Assembly (NCBI GenBank): GCA_963677925.2
Contig: CAXXYH010000003.1
Location: 1,984,001-2,048,000 of the forward strand
Origin: Spirochaetia bacterium
Lineage (GTDB): Bacteria; Spirochaetota; Spirochaetia; UBA9216
Length of the DNA stretch: 64,000 nt
Direction: 5' to 3'
Of the stretch, positions 41,641 to 50,910 are shown one piece after another. The notes below the pieces were generated by a model that had not been told where the DNA came from, searched no databases, and was given only the letters and a program-made list of their open reading frames with translations. Every line of letters starts with the position of its first letter. Within the stretch, counting starts at the first letter, position 1. The position numbers and the translations under genes are program-made.

Positions 41641-42957
41641 TCAAGTTTCAAATTTTTTTAGTCTCTCTGTTAGCTGGGCATTCTGATCGTTGGATCTGGC
41701 AAGTCTTTTGGCCAGAAGCCTGGAAAGAAAGATACCGTAATAAGGATAATCACGAACAAGGGTAACAAAGGCCTTTCTCGATATTTTGATGAGTTTACCC
41801 TTTTCCGCTGCTTTGATGGTACCGTTCCGCTTGTTGCTCAAAAGGAATGACATCTCACCCATAAAAATATCATTCTGATTAAGCTCACCTACTTTTTTTC
41901 GGCGATGATAGACATAATATTTACCGGAAACTATATAATAAAGAAAGTCGCTTTCCTCGCCTTCCCGGAAGACTATATCACCCTTCTCAATTTCAAGAAT
42001 CTCTTCCATTCGAAACCGTATCGGAAAGGGCTGGGCTTCCTGCTCAACATGGTCGATAATCAGCGTAACCTGATTTCCGGTTTTGTTGTAATACAGTTCC
42101 CTGCACAGCGCCATGGCCATTCTGATACCCCGTCCGTGAAGAGAGAGTTCATCCTGATTTTTAAGTTTTTCATTAAGGTCGGAAACATCAAACCCCTTTC
42201 CCTCATCACGGATTGTAAAGCAGGTGTAATTATTATGCATCTCCCAGTCAAGGTGAACCCGTTTTGCGGCAATTGCCGTGTCTTCGCATTTTTTTGCTAT
42301 CAGTTCAACAATGTTGCCGCCGTCCTCCATAAAAACCGTTTTCTCATCATACGACAGCTCACAGTTTCCGTGTTCGATTCCGTTTACTATAAGCTCGGCC
42401 AGTGCAAGCTGAAGGTGCATTTTGGAATCTGTATCAATCTTTCCGGACTGCGAAAGAGTTGTCGCGGCAATTCCTGCGTAAATTGGAACAGACAGAATAT
42501 CATTTGGAATTAAAAATGAACCCGAGGTGCTTTCCATAATCTTCGATGCAAATCCGCGCTGAAAAATAATCTGGTAGTTTTCACGGATAATCTCGACACT
42601 CTTCATCAAATGGGAACGGAGCCTGAAAGTACTCAGCAGCGTCAGGACGTTTATATTCTTAAGCTTGTTAAGCAGATCAACTTCATCAATATGCTCCTGA
42701 TCATGAAGCCCGATAATACCAAAATGATGAAGCCAGAGATCCTGCTCAAGCCGATGAATCAGATCGTTCACCTTGATACCGGGATCAGAAAAATTAATTA
42801 TGACTATTTCGGGAAGCTCATAGTTGATAAATTCATAGATACCGTCATCATTCGATATGAACTCAAGGCGATAATACCTGTCCCCGCTCAGCTCAAAAGC
42901 CTGCATAATTTTTCTGTTAAGGTTTCCGTCAGAACTTATAATTCCCAATACTTTCAT
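41641..42957 (-). CDS. Receiver-like / RsbW-type HATPase / cNMP-binding domain protein
   Basis: ELIVNGIEHGN, IRDEGKGF and HGRGI (HATPase_c_2). C-terminal IVFREGE..YYIVSG, MGEMSFL...RNGT (cNMP-binding). Confidence 0.82.
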   Translation of the reverse strand: MKVLGIISSDGNLNRKIMQAFELSGDRYYRLEFISNDDGIYEFINYELPEIVIINFSDPGIKVNDLIHRLEQDLWLHHFGIIGLHDQEHIDEVDLLNKLKNINVLTLLSTFRLRSHLMKSVEIIRENYQIIFQRGFASKIMESTSGSFLIPNDILSVPIYAGIAATTLSQSGKIDTDSKMHLQLALAELIVNGIEHGNCELSYDEKTVFMEDGGNIVELIAKKCEDTAIAAKRVHLDWEMHNNYTCFTIRDEGKGFDVSDLNEKLKNQDELSLHGRGIRMAMALCRELYYNKTGNQVTLIIDHVEQEAQPFPIRFRMEEILEIEKGDIVFREGEESDFLYYIVSGKYYVYHRRKKVGELNQNDIFMGEMSFLLSNKRNGTIKAAEKGKLIKISRKAFVTLVRDYPYYGIFLSRLLAKRLARSNDQNAQLTERLKKFET

Positions 42958-44786
42958 TTGGCCATGACCTGCTTATAAACTTGTTTATCAATAAATATAT
43001 TTACAACATCTGAATTCAGATGATTTGCGTCTGCTTCCTCTTTAAGAATATCAAGAGCTGTATTAACCGGAATGGCGGGCTTGTAGGGCCTGTCATTGGC
43101 AGTAAGTGCATCAAAAACGTCGGCTACAGCCATTATCATTGACTGAAGGGGCATCTCTTCACCGGTCAGTCCGTCAGGATAGCCGGAACCATCCATTCTT
43201 TCATGATGTGCCCTTGCAATCTTCGGAAGGTTTTTGAAGGCGTCTGTCCAGGGGATGTTGATAAGAAACTCATACGAATGAACAACATGCGATTCAATTT
43301 CACGGCGTTCAAGTTCATTGAGATTACCTTTTTCAATCAAAAGCATTTCATATTCTTCGTTGGTAATCCATGGTTTAACCTTTCCGTCCGCATCTGTATA
43401 TGTCCTTCTGCGGTAAACCTCCAGCTCATCCGTCAGTTCTTCCACACTTACTCCGGGTTCATTCGCTTCAATGAGTGTAATAAGCGCCCGGTCTATATCC
43501 TTTTTCCAGACAACCTCACCGGTCTCCTGCATCAGCTGATTCTTGATGTAGGCAAATCTCATCTTGAGCAGTTCCAGCTGTCCCGGATACAGTTTCTTTG
43601 CTTTTATCAGAATAGGCTCACTGACGCCTACCTTGCCGAAATCATGCAGAAGCCCTGCATACTCAAGCTCTTTAAGCTGATCATCAGAAAAGGCAATATC
43701 TGCAAAATCACCGCAGCAGTCCTGATTAATCGCTTCGGCTATTGCAAGGCTGTATGCTGCCACGCGGCTTGAGTGACCGCTTGTAGTCGGATCCCGTGAT
43801 TCTATGGCCTTCACCGAAGCCCATACAAATCCCTTAAACAGGGTCTGAATTTCATTGTAAAGAATGTTGTTCTCCAGCGACACCGCCGCCTGCCCGGCAA
43901 GAGCAAGTACTATATCCTCATTCTCTTTAGAAAAGGGAATTACATTCTGGGCAAAATCTGCTTCAGTTGAAAGCCTGTAGTCGAAATCCTTCTTTCTGTT
44001 AATAAGCTGGATAACTCCGATTATCTTCGAATTGTGATCCAGCATTGGAACTGTAAGCATGCTTTTTGAACGGTATGCGGTAGCAATATCATAATCGCGG
44101 TTGAAGGAATATGCATTATCCCCGGATATCTCATAAACATCCGGAATATTCAGAATTTCACTGGTTTCAGCAACATAACCGGCAATAGATTTTTTATTCA
44201 GCTCCATTTTGAATTCGGAGTACTCTTTCGGATTTGAATCATTATGCGCTATTTTGAACAGAAGCCACTTACTGTTATCTTCAGGCTTTATTTCAAGAAG
44301 ATAGAGGCTTCCAGCATCAGCCTTGGTTATTTCACGGGTTTTAAGCAGGATATCATCAAGAAGGATATTATTATCACGCTCGGCAGAGAGAGCCACCCCG
44401 ATTGACAGCAGCTTTTTATTTATCTTCTGAAGTTCATCCGCCTTCAGCTCGATCATCATGCGCTTATACATATTATCGATGACATGAGGAAATATTCTAA
44501 GTCGCCGGGTTGAGAGCTGTTCAAAAACCAGAGGGTCATCGTCAAGTTCAGGACGACGGCTGTCATGGTAGGTAATAAGAACGCTTGCATTGCAGAGAAG
44601 CATGCTGAGCCTGCTCCGGAGTTTAATGAACTGACGGTATGTTGTAATGAATGCTGTAACGGTGTGTTCTTCCTTGGCTATCTGCTCAAGGTTTTCAATC
44701 GACTTCAGCTCTGCCCACTGCGGTATGTCAGCGTTCTCAAGGTAACCGGGGATTTTATTGATATGGTAGAGCAGCATCCGCTTCAT
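42954..44786 (-). CDS. GAF-domain HD-GYP phosphodiesterase
   Basis: GAF motifs SIAGYVA and SKSMLTVPM, then RDPTTSGHSSRV, LHDFGKVG, HHERMDGSGYP, ADVFDALT..RPYK. Confidence 0.92.
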   Translation of the reverse strand: MKRMLLYHINKIPGYLENADIPQWAELKSIENLEQIAKEEHTVTAFITTYRQFIKLRSRLSMLLCNASVLITYHDSRRPELDDDPLVFEQLSTRRLRIFPHVIDNMYKRMMIELKADELQKINKKLLSIGVALSAERDNNILLDDILLKTREITKADAGSLYLLEIKPEDNSKWLLFKIAHNDSNPKEYSEFKMELNKKSIAGYVAETSEILNIPDVYEISGDNAYSFNRDYDIATAYRSKSMLTVPMLDHNSKIIGVIQLINRKKDFDYRLSTEADFAQNVIPFSKENEDIVLALAGQAAVSLENNILYNEIQTLFKGFVWASVKAIESRDPTTSGHSSRVAAYSLAIAEAINQDCCGDFADIAFSDDQLKELEYAGLLHDFGKVGVSEPILIKAKKLYPGQLELLKMRFAYIKNQLMQETGEVVWKKDIDRALITLIEANEPGVSVEELTDELEVYRRRTYTDADGKVKPWITNEEYEMLLIEKGNLNELERREIESHVVHSYEFLINIPWTDAFKNLPKIARAHHERMDGSGYPDGLTGEEMPLQSMIMAVADVFDALTANDRPYKPAIPVNTALDILKEEADANHLNSDVVNIFIDKQVYKQVMAK

Positions 44787-47700
44787 CAGATATTTTGTAC
44801 AGCTTCTCCTTGAACTTCTTTACAAAAGCCGTAATATCCCGCCTGCTGCTTAAATCGGTTTCTACTGGAATTGAAAACAGGATTCTTCCGGAAAGCCCGT
44901 CTTCCAGCTGGTATATACGGCCACTGGTCAGATTATCGGCAGCCTTCAGGCTATATCTGTAATGATTATCCGATTTATTTGAGAAAATCTTAAAACCTGA
45001 TGATGTAAGGATATGTCTGAACCTGAATCCCGGCTCAAAATCCAGCCGGAGAGGAAATTTCAGATCTGTTTTCAGAAAAACCCCAGGGTTGAGTTCGTAG
45101 AGCTGCCAGGCCATTTCATCGCTCATTTCAGGTCTTCCCGAATCTTCAGCTATCGGGATGAGCTCTGTTAAAGCTTCCGAAAGTTCAAGCTTCTCCCAGT
45201 CGGGATCGAAGCTGCCGGCAGCAGTGCTGAGCATCACTGGATCTGATAAAAGCCTGCCCTTCTCCAGCAGGTAGGAGGGTTCAGCCTCCGGGGCGACTGC
45301 AGTCTCAATATCTTCAGCCTGTATCAGATAGGGAAGCGCCTTGCGCGGATATTTCTCTGCAGCCTTGTAGAAGGACCAGGCTGCATCCAGGCTGTTACCC
45401 TCCGCATAATTCTGGCTGCCGACATTGAAGGAGGCTTTCCGGTATCTGCGGTCGTGAAACCAGGAGAGCATTCTGTATTTTATGTTTTGAAACAGCTTTC
45501 CCAGCCTTGATAATCCAGTCTCCGGCATTCCTGCAGTACGGTATGCCAGGCCCTCGTAGATCTCAGCCAGGATTCTGTCCACCTCCATCAGATGCCTGTC
45601 CCGATCCACACCGAAGTAGTACATCCATGAATCATCGCTTCGGTTAAGAACCTCATTAATATGCGACAGGGCTTCATCAAGCAGACCGAAGGTAAGGTAG
45701 AGATCGGCATAGCCCATAAGGGCAAGCGGCGTAGAATCCAGAATATACGCCCTCTGATAATTCAGGAAGGCATTTGTGAAATCAAGCTTCCGGGTGAAAA
45801 GTTCAGCCCTGGCAATGTATCCGGGGGCACGTTCCGAGGTTTCAATGGACATGTTTGTGAGATCCATTGACTCCTGGTAGTGATAGAAGCCGTGTTCAAG
45901 CAGAGACAGATTGTAATAGGAGACTGAAGCAAAGTAGCTCCAGCCTTCATTAAGGGCTAAATCGATCGCCTTCTGATAATTCAGCCTGGAATTGTCATAG
46001 TCATACTTGCCCGAATATACAGTTCCAAGCGTCATATACAGGATGGGAGAATCGGGAAAACGTTCTACAGCATCCAGAAGAAGGGTCTCTGCGGAATTAA
46101 GCCTGAAGGTTTTAAAATACATCCAGCCCAGATCGGCAATGGCTTCGAAATTTTCAGGGTCAAGGATTAGTACCTGTTCAAGACTGGCCGTCGACTCGGC
46201 ATCATGGTTTAACAGCCCCTCTGAAACCGAGCGCATGTAGATTATGTCAGAGTCCAGAGGGTTAATTTCAAGAGCGCGGTTATAGTTTTCAACCGACATA
46301 TTGTACAGCTCACGATCCTGATAAAGTGTTCCAAGCTCAGTATATATTTCCGCGCTCTGAGGATATTCAGAAGCACCTTCTTTCAGCAGTCTGAGGGCCG
46401 CCTCGTAGTTTTCAGCATCCATCTCCCTGCCAGCCATATCAATATACCAGCCGGCATCCGGTGCCGCTCCGCCCTGTTCCGCCGAAGGATTATCCAAAAA
46501 ATCCTGAGCTTCAGCATGTGATACCGGCAGCATCAGCGCGGCTAAAACAAGAACGAGGGCTGTAATGCGTCTGCTTCTGAGTCTCCGGAACGGAAAAAGA
46601 ATAAAAAGAATACGCTTAAAATGAGAAACATTTTTAAGACTGATACGAAAGGCAGTCCATGAAGCATCAAGAGCCTCTGCATCAGCAGCGCTGTAACTGT
46701 CGGAGAATACCGAGGACAGGTAGAAATCTGCAAGGCCTGTAAAGCAGAGTCCTGTTTTTGATTCTGTTCGTACTGCATATTCATGAATGCTTTCATCTGA
46801 ATAACGGAATCCCCCAGAAGCTGAAGCCCAGGCGGAAGCCCTTCTGAAAACAGCGCGGGCTTTTTTTCTGCCGGAATTAAACCTGATTCTTATTAGAGCG
46901 GAAAGATGTACAGCGAATACGGTAAAAATATAAAGACATGCCAGAATAAAGGGCCACTTTGCAGCTGCGTAACGGATAACGGCCTTAAGGCTGAGCCCCT
47001 GAGTATCAGTATCAGCCGTCTCTTCATCAGGACTGTCTGCGAGGCTGTATTCATTTTCAAATATCTCTTCAACATATGAGGAATATTCATCCGGATTTAT
47101 CGAACCGAACTCAAGCTCTTCGCCGGGAGCAACAGTTTCTGATGTCGGATCGAACTCGACCCAGCCGAATTCCTCAAAAGGAACTTCAACCCAGGCGTGA
47201 GCCATATCGGCCCTTACCGGATAGACATTCAGGATACCGGACTGAGGGTCGATATAAAATCCGGCGGCAACCCTGGCCGGGATCCCAAGGCTTCTGCACA
47301 TCAGCGCCATCGAAAATGCAAAATATGAGCAGTATCCTTTTTTACTGTCGAAGAGAAAATAGTTAAGCTGGTTGCCGTCGACAGCGACGCCGGGTTTTAG
47401 CGAATAATAATAGTTATCACGCAGGTAATACATAATTGCCATCACCTTGTCGTAGTAGAGGTCCAGACCTTCAGTCACCTCTTCCGCAAGTTCACGGATT
47501 GCTTCATCATCGCCGTATTCTGTGTAGAAGCTGTACAGTCTGTCGGACATCGGGAGCATTCCCGCATCCATAAGATCCCATGAAGGCAGTTCAATTGCAT
47601 CGGAAACTGCCCGGTAGTTCCTGAGGAATGAGGAACCGTCCCAGTTGGTGAGCGGTGTTATTTCTACCGGGTAGTTGATTGCAATAAGTGATGAGGGATC

Positions 47701-48663
47701 AAAGTTGAGAATAAAATATTCCTGCTCGGCAGCTATGCGCTTCGGATAGCGCTCGGCATTGGTTACAGCCGGTCTGTCGGGCAGCACAGTCAGCTGCTCT
47801 TTTTCTCCGGGACCTGTCTGAATATAGAAACCGCGGTCCTCCCGGTAGCCGGAAAGATAGTAGCGCCGCAGATAAACCGAATTGAGATAGCCGTAGTTTC
47901 TGAACAGCATTACCAAATCGGTATTCATCGAAATCTCGCTTTCAAGCTTCACATAGTCTGAAAAATCAAAGCGGAAGAGCGTAGGTTTCATAAGGCCACC
48001 GCCCTCTCTTGCGGCCCCCTCCGAATAGCTTCCGAGAATAAGAAACAGCACCAGAATGATTGCTGGAATCACTGTGAGGAGAAAGGGCAGAAAGCGATGA
48101 ATAAACCCTGACTCACCCTCCTGACCGGAAAATACTATAACAAGAACCTCTGCTATGATGTAAATTACACAGATAAGCGCAAGGTAACCCTGATGGGGAA
48201 ATATTGTCAGTCTGTATCCTGCCTGAGTCCAGAGAAGGGAAGAGAGAATAAGCGCGTTTACAGCAAGCTCGGCAATGAGGAATTTCCTGCCCCATGATGA
48301 GAGGAAACCGCCTGCCCATATATACAGCATGGGGATAAAAAGCGGAATAAATGACGAATCGAAAAAGATCCCGTTGAAATTATATGCCGGATTTGCAGAG
48401 GCAGCGGCAAATCGGTCTGCAATAAAGATGTAGATGAACCTGATTACAAAAAGAAGAACTACCGCTCCCGGTAAAGAAGATACAAAACGCAGCCTGCTGC
48501 GGCCGCCGAGAACCCCTCCGACCGCCGCAGCGGCAAAACCTGAAATAAAGAGCACCGGAGATGCTATGTCGGAAAGAAACCGGAATCCTATAATAATCAG
48601 AACAAACTGGGCGGTGATGCGGAATGTAAGAACAAGTGCTTCGTTTCTAGAAAAACCTGACAA
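44755..48663 (-). CDS. Membrane transglutaminase-like (TgpA-like) protein with a C-terminal TPR region
   Basis: N-terminal multi-TM region. Catalytic triad motifs GYCSYFA, AHAWVEV and GWVEFDPT. About 500 aa of TPR-like helices follow. Confidence 0.88.
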   Translation of the reverse strand: MSGFSRNEALVLTFRITAQFVLIIIGFRFLSDIASPVLFISGFAAAAVGGVLGGRSRLRFVSSLPGAVVLLFVIRFIYIFIADRFAAASANPAYNFNGIFFDSSFIPLFIPMLYIWAGGFLSSWGRKFLIAELAVNALILSSLLWTQAGYRLTIFPHQGYLALICVIYIIAEVLVIVFSGQEGESGFIHRFLPFLLTVIPAIILVLFLILGSYSEGAAREGGGLMKPTLFRFDFSDYVKLESEISMNTDLVMLFRNYGYLNSVYLRRYYLSGYREDRGFYIQTGPGEKEQLTVLPDRPAVTNAERYPKRIAAEQEYFILNFDPSSLIAINYPVEITPLTNWDGSSFLRNYRAVSDAIELPSWDLMDAGMLPMSDRLYSFYTEYGDDEAIRELAEEVTEGLDLYYDKVMAIMYYLRDNYYYSLKPGVAVDGNQLNYFLFDSKKGYCSYFAFSMALMCRSLGIPARVAAGFYIDPQSGILNVYPVRADMAHAWVEVPFEEFGWVEFDPTSETVAPGEELEFGSINPDEYSSYVEEIFENEYSLADSPDEETADTDTQGLSLKAVIRYAAAKWPFILACLYIFTVFAVHLSALIRIRFNSGRKKARAVFRRASAWASASGGFRYSDESIHEYAVRTESKTGLCFTGLADFYLSSVFSDSYSAADAEALDASWTAFRISLKNVSHFKRILFILFPFRRLRSRRITALVLVLAALMLPVSHAEAQDFLDNPSAEQGGAAPDAGWYIDMAGREMDAENYEAALRLLKEGASEYPQSAEIYTELGTLYQDRELYNMSVENYNRALEINPLDSDIIYMRSVSEGLLNHDAESTASLEQVLILDPENFEAIADLGWMYFKTFRLNSAETLLLDAVERFPDSPILYMTLGTVYSGKYDYDNSRLNYQKAIDLALNEGWSYFASVSYYNLSLLEHGFYHYQESMDLTNMSIETSERAPGYIARAELFTRKLDFTNAFLNYQRAYILDSTPLALMGYADLYLTFGLLDEALSHINEVLNRSDDSWMYYFGVDRDRHLMEVDRILAEIYEGLAYRTAGMPETGLSRLGKLFQNIKYRMLSWFHDRRYRKASFNVGSQNYAEGNSLDAAWSFYKAAEKYPRKALPYLIQAEDIETAVAPEAEPSYLLEKGRLLSDPVMLSTAAGSFDPDWEKLELSEALTELIPIAEDSGRPEMSDEMAWQLYELNPGVFLKTDLKFPLRLDFEPGFRFRHILTSSGFKIFSNKSDNHYRYSLKAADNLTSGRIYQLEDGLSGRILFSIPVETDLSSRRDITAFVKKFKEKLYKISDEADAALPYQ

Positions 48664-49852
48664 AACGGCCTCCTGCGGCGGATAATTCCGATCCGACAGT
48701 CTGAGCCCTGCTGTTCACAGAGAGGCTCTGCCGCTGAAGCTTCCCTGCCAGCTGCTCTTCTGCCGGCTTTCTGAAAAAAACAGAGCTAAGCAGACTTCGG
48801 CTGTAGTCTCTGCTGTCTCCGGCCTTAAGACTGATCACAGGATGAACATCAAGACCGGCTGTATTCATTCTGCGCACTGCCCCGGCAGCATTTCTTGTGA
48901 CTGCGGTTGTAAGCAGAACCGCGCTTTTAAAGCGCCGATCAATATTCCAGCTTTTAAAACTGTCTGCAAAGACAGTACTGTCTGCAGATACAGCCTCCCC
49001 GGTACTGCCTGCATCCCACCATAATCCGGGATAGAGTTTTTCTGTCGGAACAACCGGTGCCTGCGGATATACGGCAAGGTTCACTTCAATTCCGGCATCA
49101 GCATAAAGCCTGCACATGCTCATAAGCTTTCCGACAGTCTCATCAAGATAAATATCAAGAAGATCACGGTATTCTCCATCCGGCTCAAAGCAGCAGCTAA
49201 GATCCGCAACCAGCAGAAGACGCTCTTCGGGAAGGGGGACTTCCTCGCCTATCCGGATAAACAGATCCCCGGAATGGGCATACTGCTTCCAGTTCAGCCG
49301 TCTTATATCATCTCCCGGGTAGTAGACCCGTGATTCAATCATATCTTCATTTCGCTTTTTCCGGCTGACTCTGGCTGCGGTTACTCCTCCCCGTGCCGGA
49401 GGTCTTTCGTTTATGGTGTTTTCATCAGCAACCAGGTTCACATCAACCGGACACTCACATCCGGGCTCAAGTTTAAGCCTGAAAAATCCCGGTATATCAC
49501 CGGTTTCAATACCGCAGCTGCTACAGGTATAAGCCCCTCGTTTTTCCGGTACTGTGCTTATACTTCCGGAGGGTTCCTGCCCGGGCCCGAGAGGGAGGCC
49601 CAGGCGGATATGCCTGTTCATCCATGTGAGCTCGGCAGTCAGCCTGCAGTAGAAGCCGGGCATCAGAAAAGACGGAGACATAGCTTCATATCTGAAGATT
49701 GTTTCTTCGCCGCAGGTAACCGGAAGTTCAGGACCGTAAATCCTTATACCATGCCGTATGCTTTTTTTAAGAGTCAGATACTGTATTACTGTGCCGGTTA
49801 ATGAGTATAAAAAAAGAAAGAGAAACCCGCTGCCCAGCAGGATTGTTCCCAT
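48647..49852 (-). CDS. DUF58 family protein; N-terminus probably frameshifted (predicted true start TTG at 49944)
   Basis: SRVYYPGDDIRRLNWKQYAHSG signature and position between moxR and the transglutaminase gene. See the T9 finding. Confidence 0.85.
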   Translation of the reverse strand: MGTILLGSGFLFLFLYSLTGTVIQYLTLKKSIRHGIRIYGPELPVTCGEETIFRYEAMSPSFLMPGFYCRLTAELTWMNRHIRLGLPLGPGQEPSGSISTVPEKRGAYTCSSCGIETGDIPGFFRLKLEPGCECPVDVNLVADENTINERPPARGGVTAARVSRKKRNEDMIESRVYYPGDDIRRLNWKQYAHSGDLFIRIGEEVPLPEERLLLVADLSCCFEPDGEYRDLLDIYLDETVGKLMSMCRLYADAGIEVNLAVYPQAPVVPTEKLYPGLWWDAGSTGEAVSADSTVFADSFKSWNIDRRFKSAVLLTTAVTRNAAGAVRRMNTAGLDVHPVISLKAGDSRDYSRSLLSSVFFRKPAEEQLAGKLQRQSLSVNSRAQTVGSELSAAGGRFVRFF

Positions 49853-49915
49853 TTCAATACGGATAAGCCCTGTGATCAGAAAAACCAGCGAGGCAAAAAA
49901 AAACCTGCGCCTGTT

Positions 49916-50905
49916 TTAGTAATTGATTTTATCAAGACTGCCAATTATGAGTTCCCTTATCATTTCGCGGCTTCCGCTTTCCCTCTTTTTCATTACGATC
50001 CTGTGCGCGAGAACAGGTACTGCGAGGTCAATGATATCCTGATCGACAACATGATCTCTTCCGTGAAGCAGTGCGAGAGCCTTTGCCGATTTTATCAGCA
50101 TGAGCGAACCCCTCGGTGAGGCGCCCAGTTCTATTTCTTTTTTCGCCCTGGTCTGTGAAACGGCTGAAATAACCGCTTTTATAAGTTCGGGATGACAGTA
50201 AATCTCCCCCGCAGTATTCTGAACCGCAGTTATCGTTTTCCCTGTGCACACCGGGGTCAGTGACGGGATTGTTTTAACCGAGGGATCTTCGGTAACGATA
50301 AGAAACTCGGATTCTGCATCCGGATAGCCTATGGACAGCCTCATTAAAAACCGGTCCAGCTGCGCAGCCGGAAGCGTATAGGTACCTTCAATCTCAACCG
50401 GGTTCTGAGTGGCCATCACAAAAAAGAATTCACCAAGGCTGTGTGTTTTACCGCCTACCGTAACCTGATGCTCAGCCATGACCTCAAGCAGGGCGGACTG
50501 AACCTTCGGGGTTGTACGGTTTATTTCATCGGCAAGCAGAATGGATGTGAACACCGGTCCGTGCGCGAAATTGAAGCTGCCCGACTCGGGGTGAAAGACA
50601 TCGACACCGGTTATATCGTAGGGAAGAAGGTCGGGCGTAAACTGGATTCTGCTGAAGCCGGGAAAATCACTCTCAGATGTATCAATCAGGGAGGCAAAAG
50701 TCTTCGCTGCGGTTGTTTTCCCCAGTCCGGGCATATCCTCAACAAGGACATGACCGCCGGAGGCTGCTGCAGTTACAAGATACTCAAGGAATTCCCTCTT
50801 TCCCTTTATTACCCGCGATGCCTCCTCAACCAGACGGTTAAGGACTTCAGATGCTTCACTAAATGTTAATCCGCTCTCTTCACTCATTGTTATGGATTCT
50901 AACAT
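49916..50905 (-). CDS. moxR: MoxR family AAA+ ATPase
   Basis: EDMPGLGKT, RIQFTPDLLPYDITG, LADEINRTTPKVQSALLE, ATQNPVEIEGTY.LP.AQLDRF, GASPRG. Confidence 0.94.
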   Translation of the reverse strand: MLESITMSEESGLTFSEASEVLNRLVEEASRVIKGKREFLEYLVTAAASGGHVLVEDMPGLGKTTAAKTFASLIDTSESDFPGFSRIQFTPDLLPYDITGVDVFHPESGSFNFAHGPVFTSILLADEINRTTPKVQSALLEVMAEHQVTVGGKTHSLGEFFFVMATQNPVEIEGTYTLPAAQLDRFLMRLSIGYPDAESEFLIVTEDPSVKTIPSLTPVCTGKTITAVQNTAGEIYCHPELIKAVISAVSQTRAKKEIELGASPRGSLMLIKSAKALALLHGRDHVVDQDIIDLAVPVLAHRIVMKKRESGSREMIRELIIGSLDKINY

Positions 50906-50910
50906 AATTT

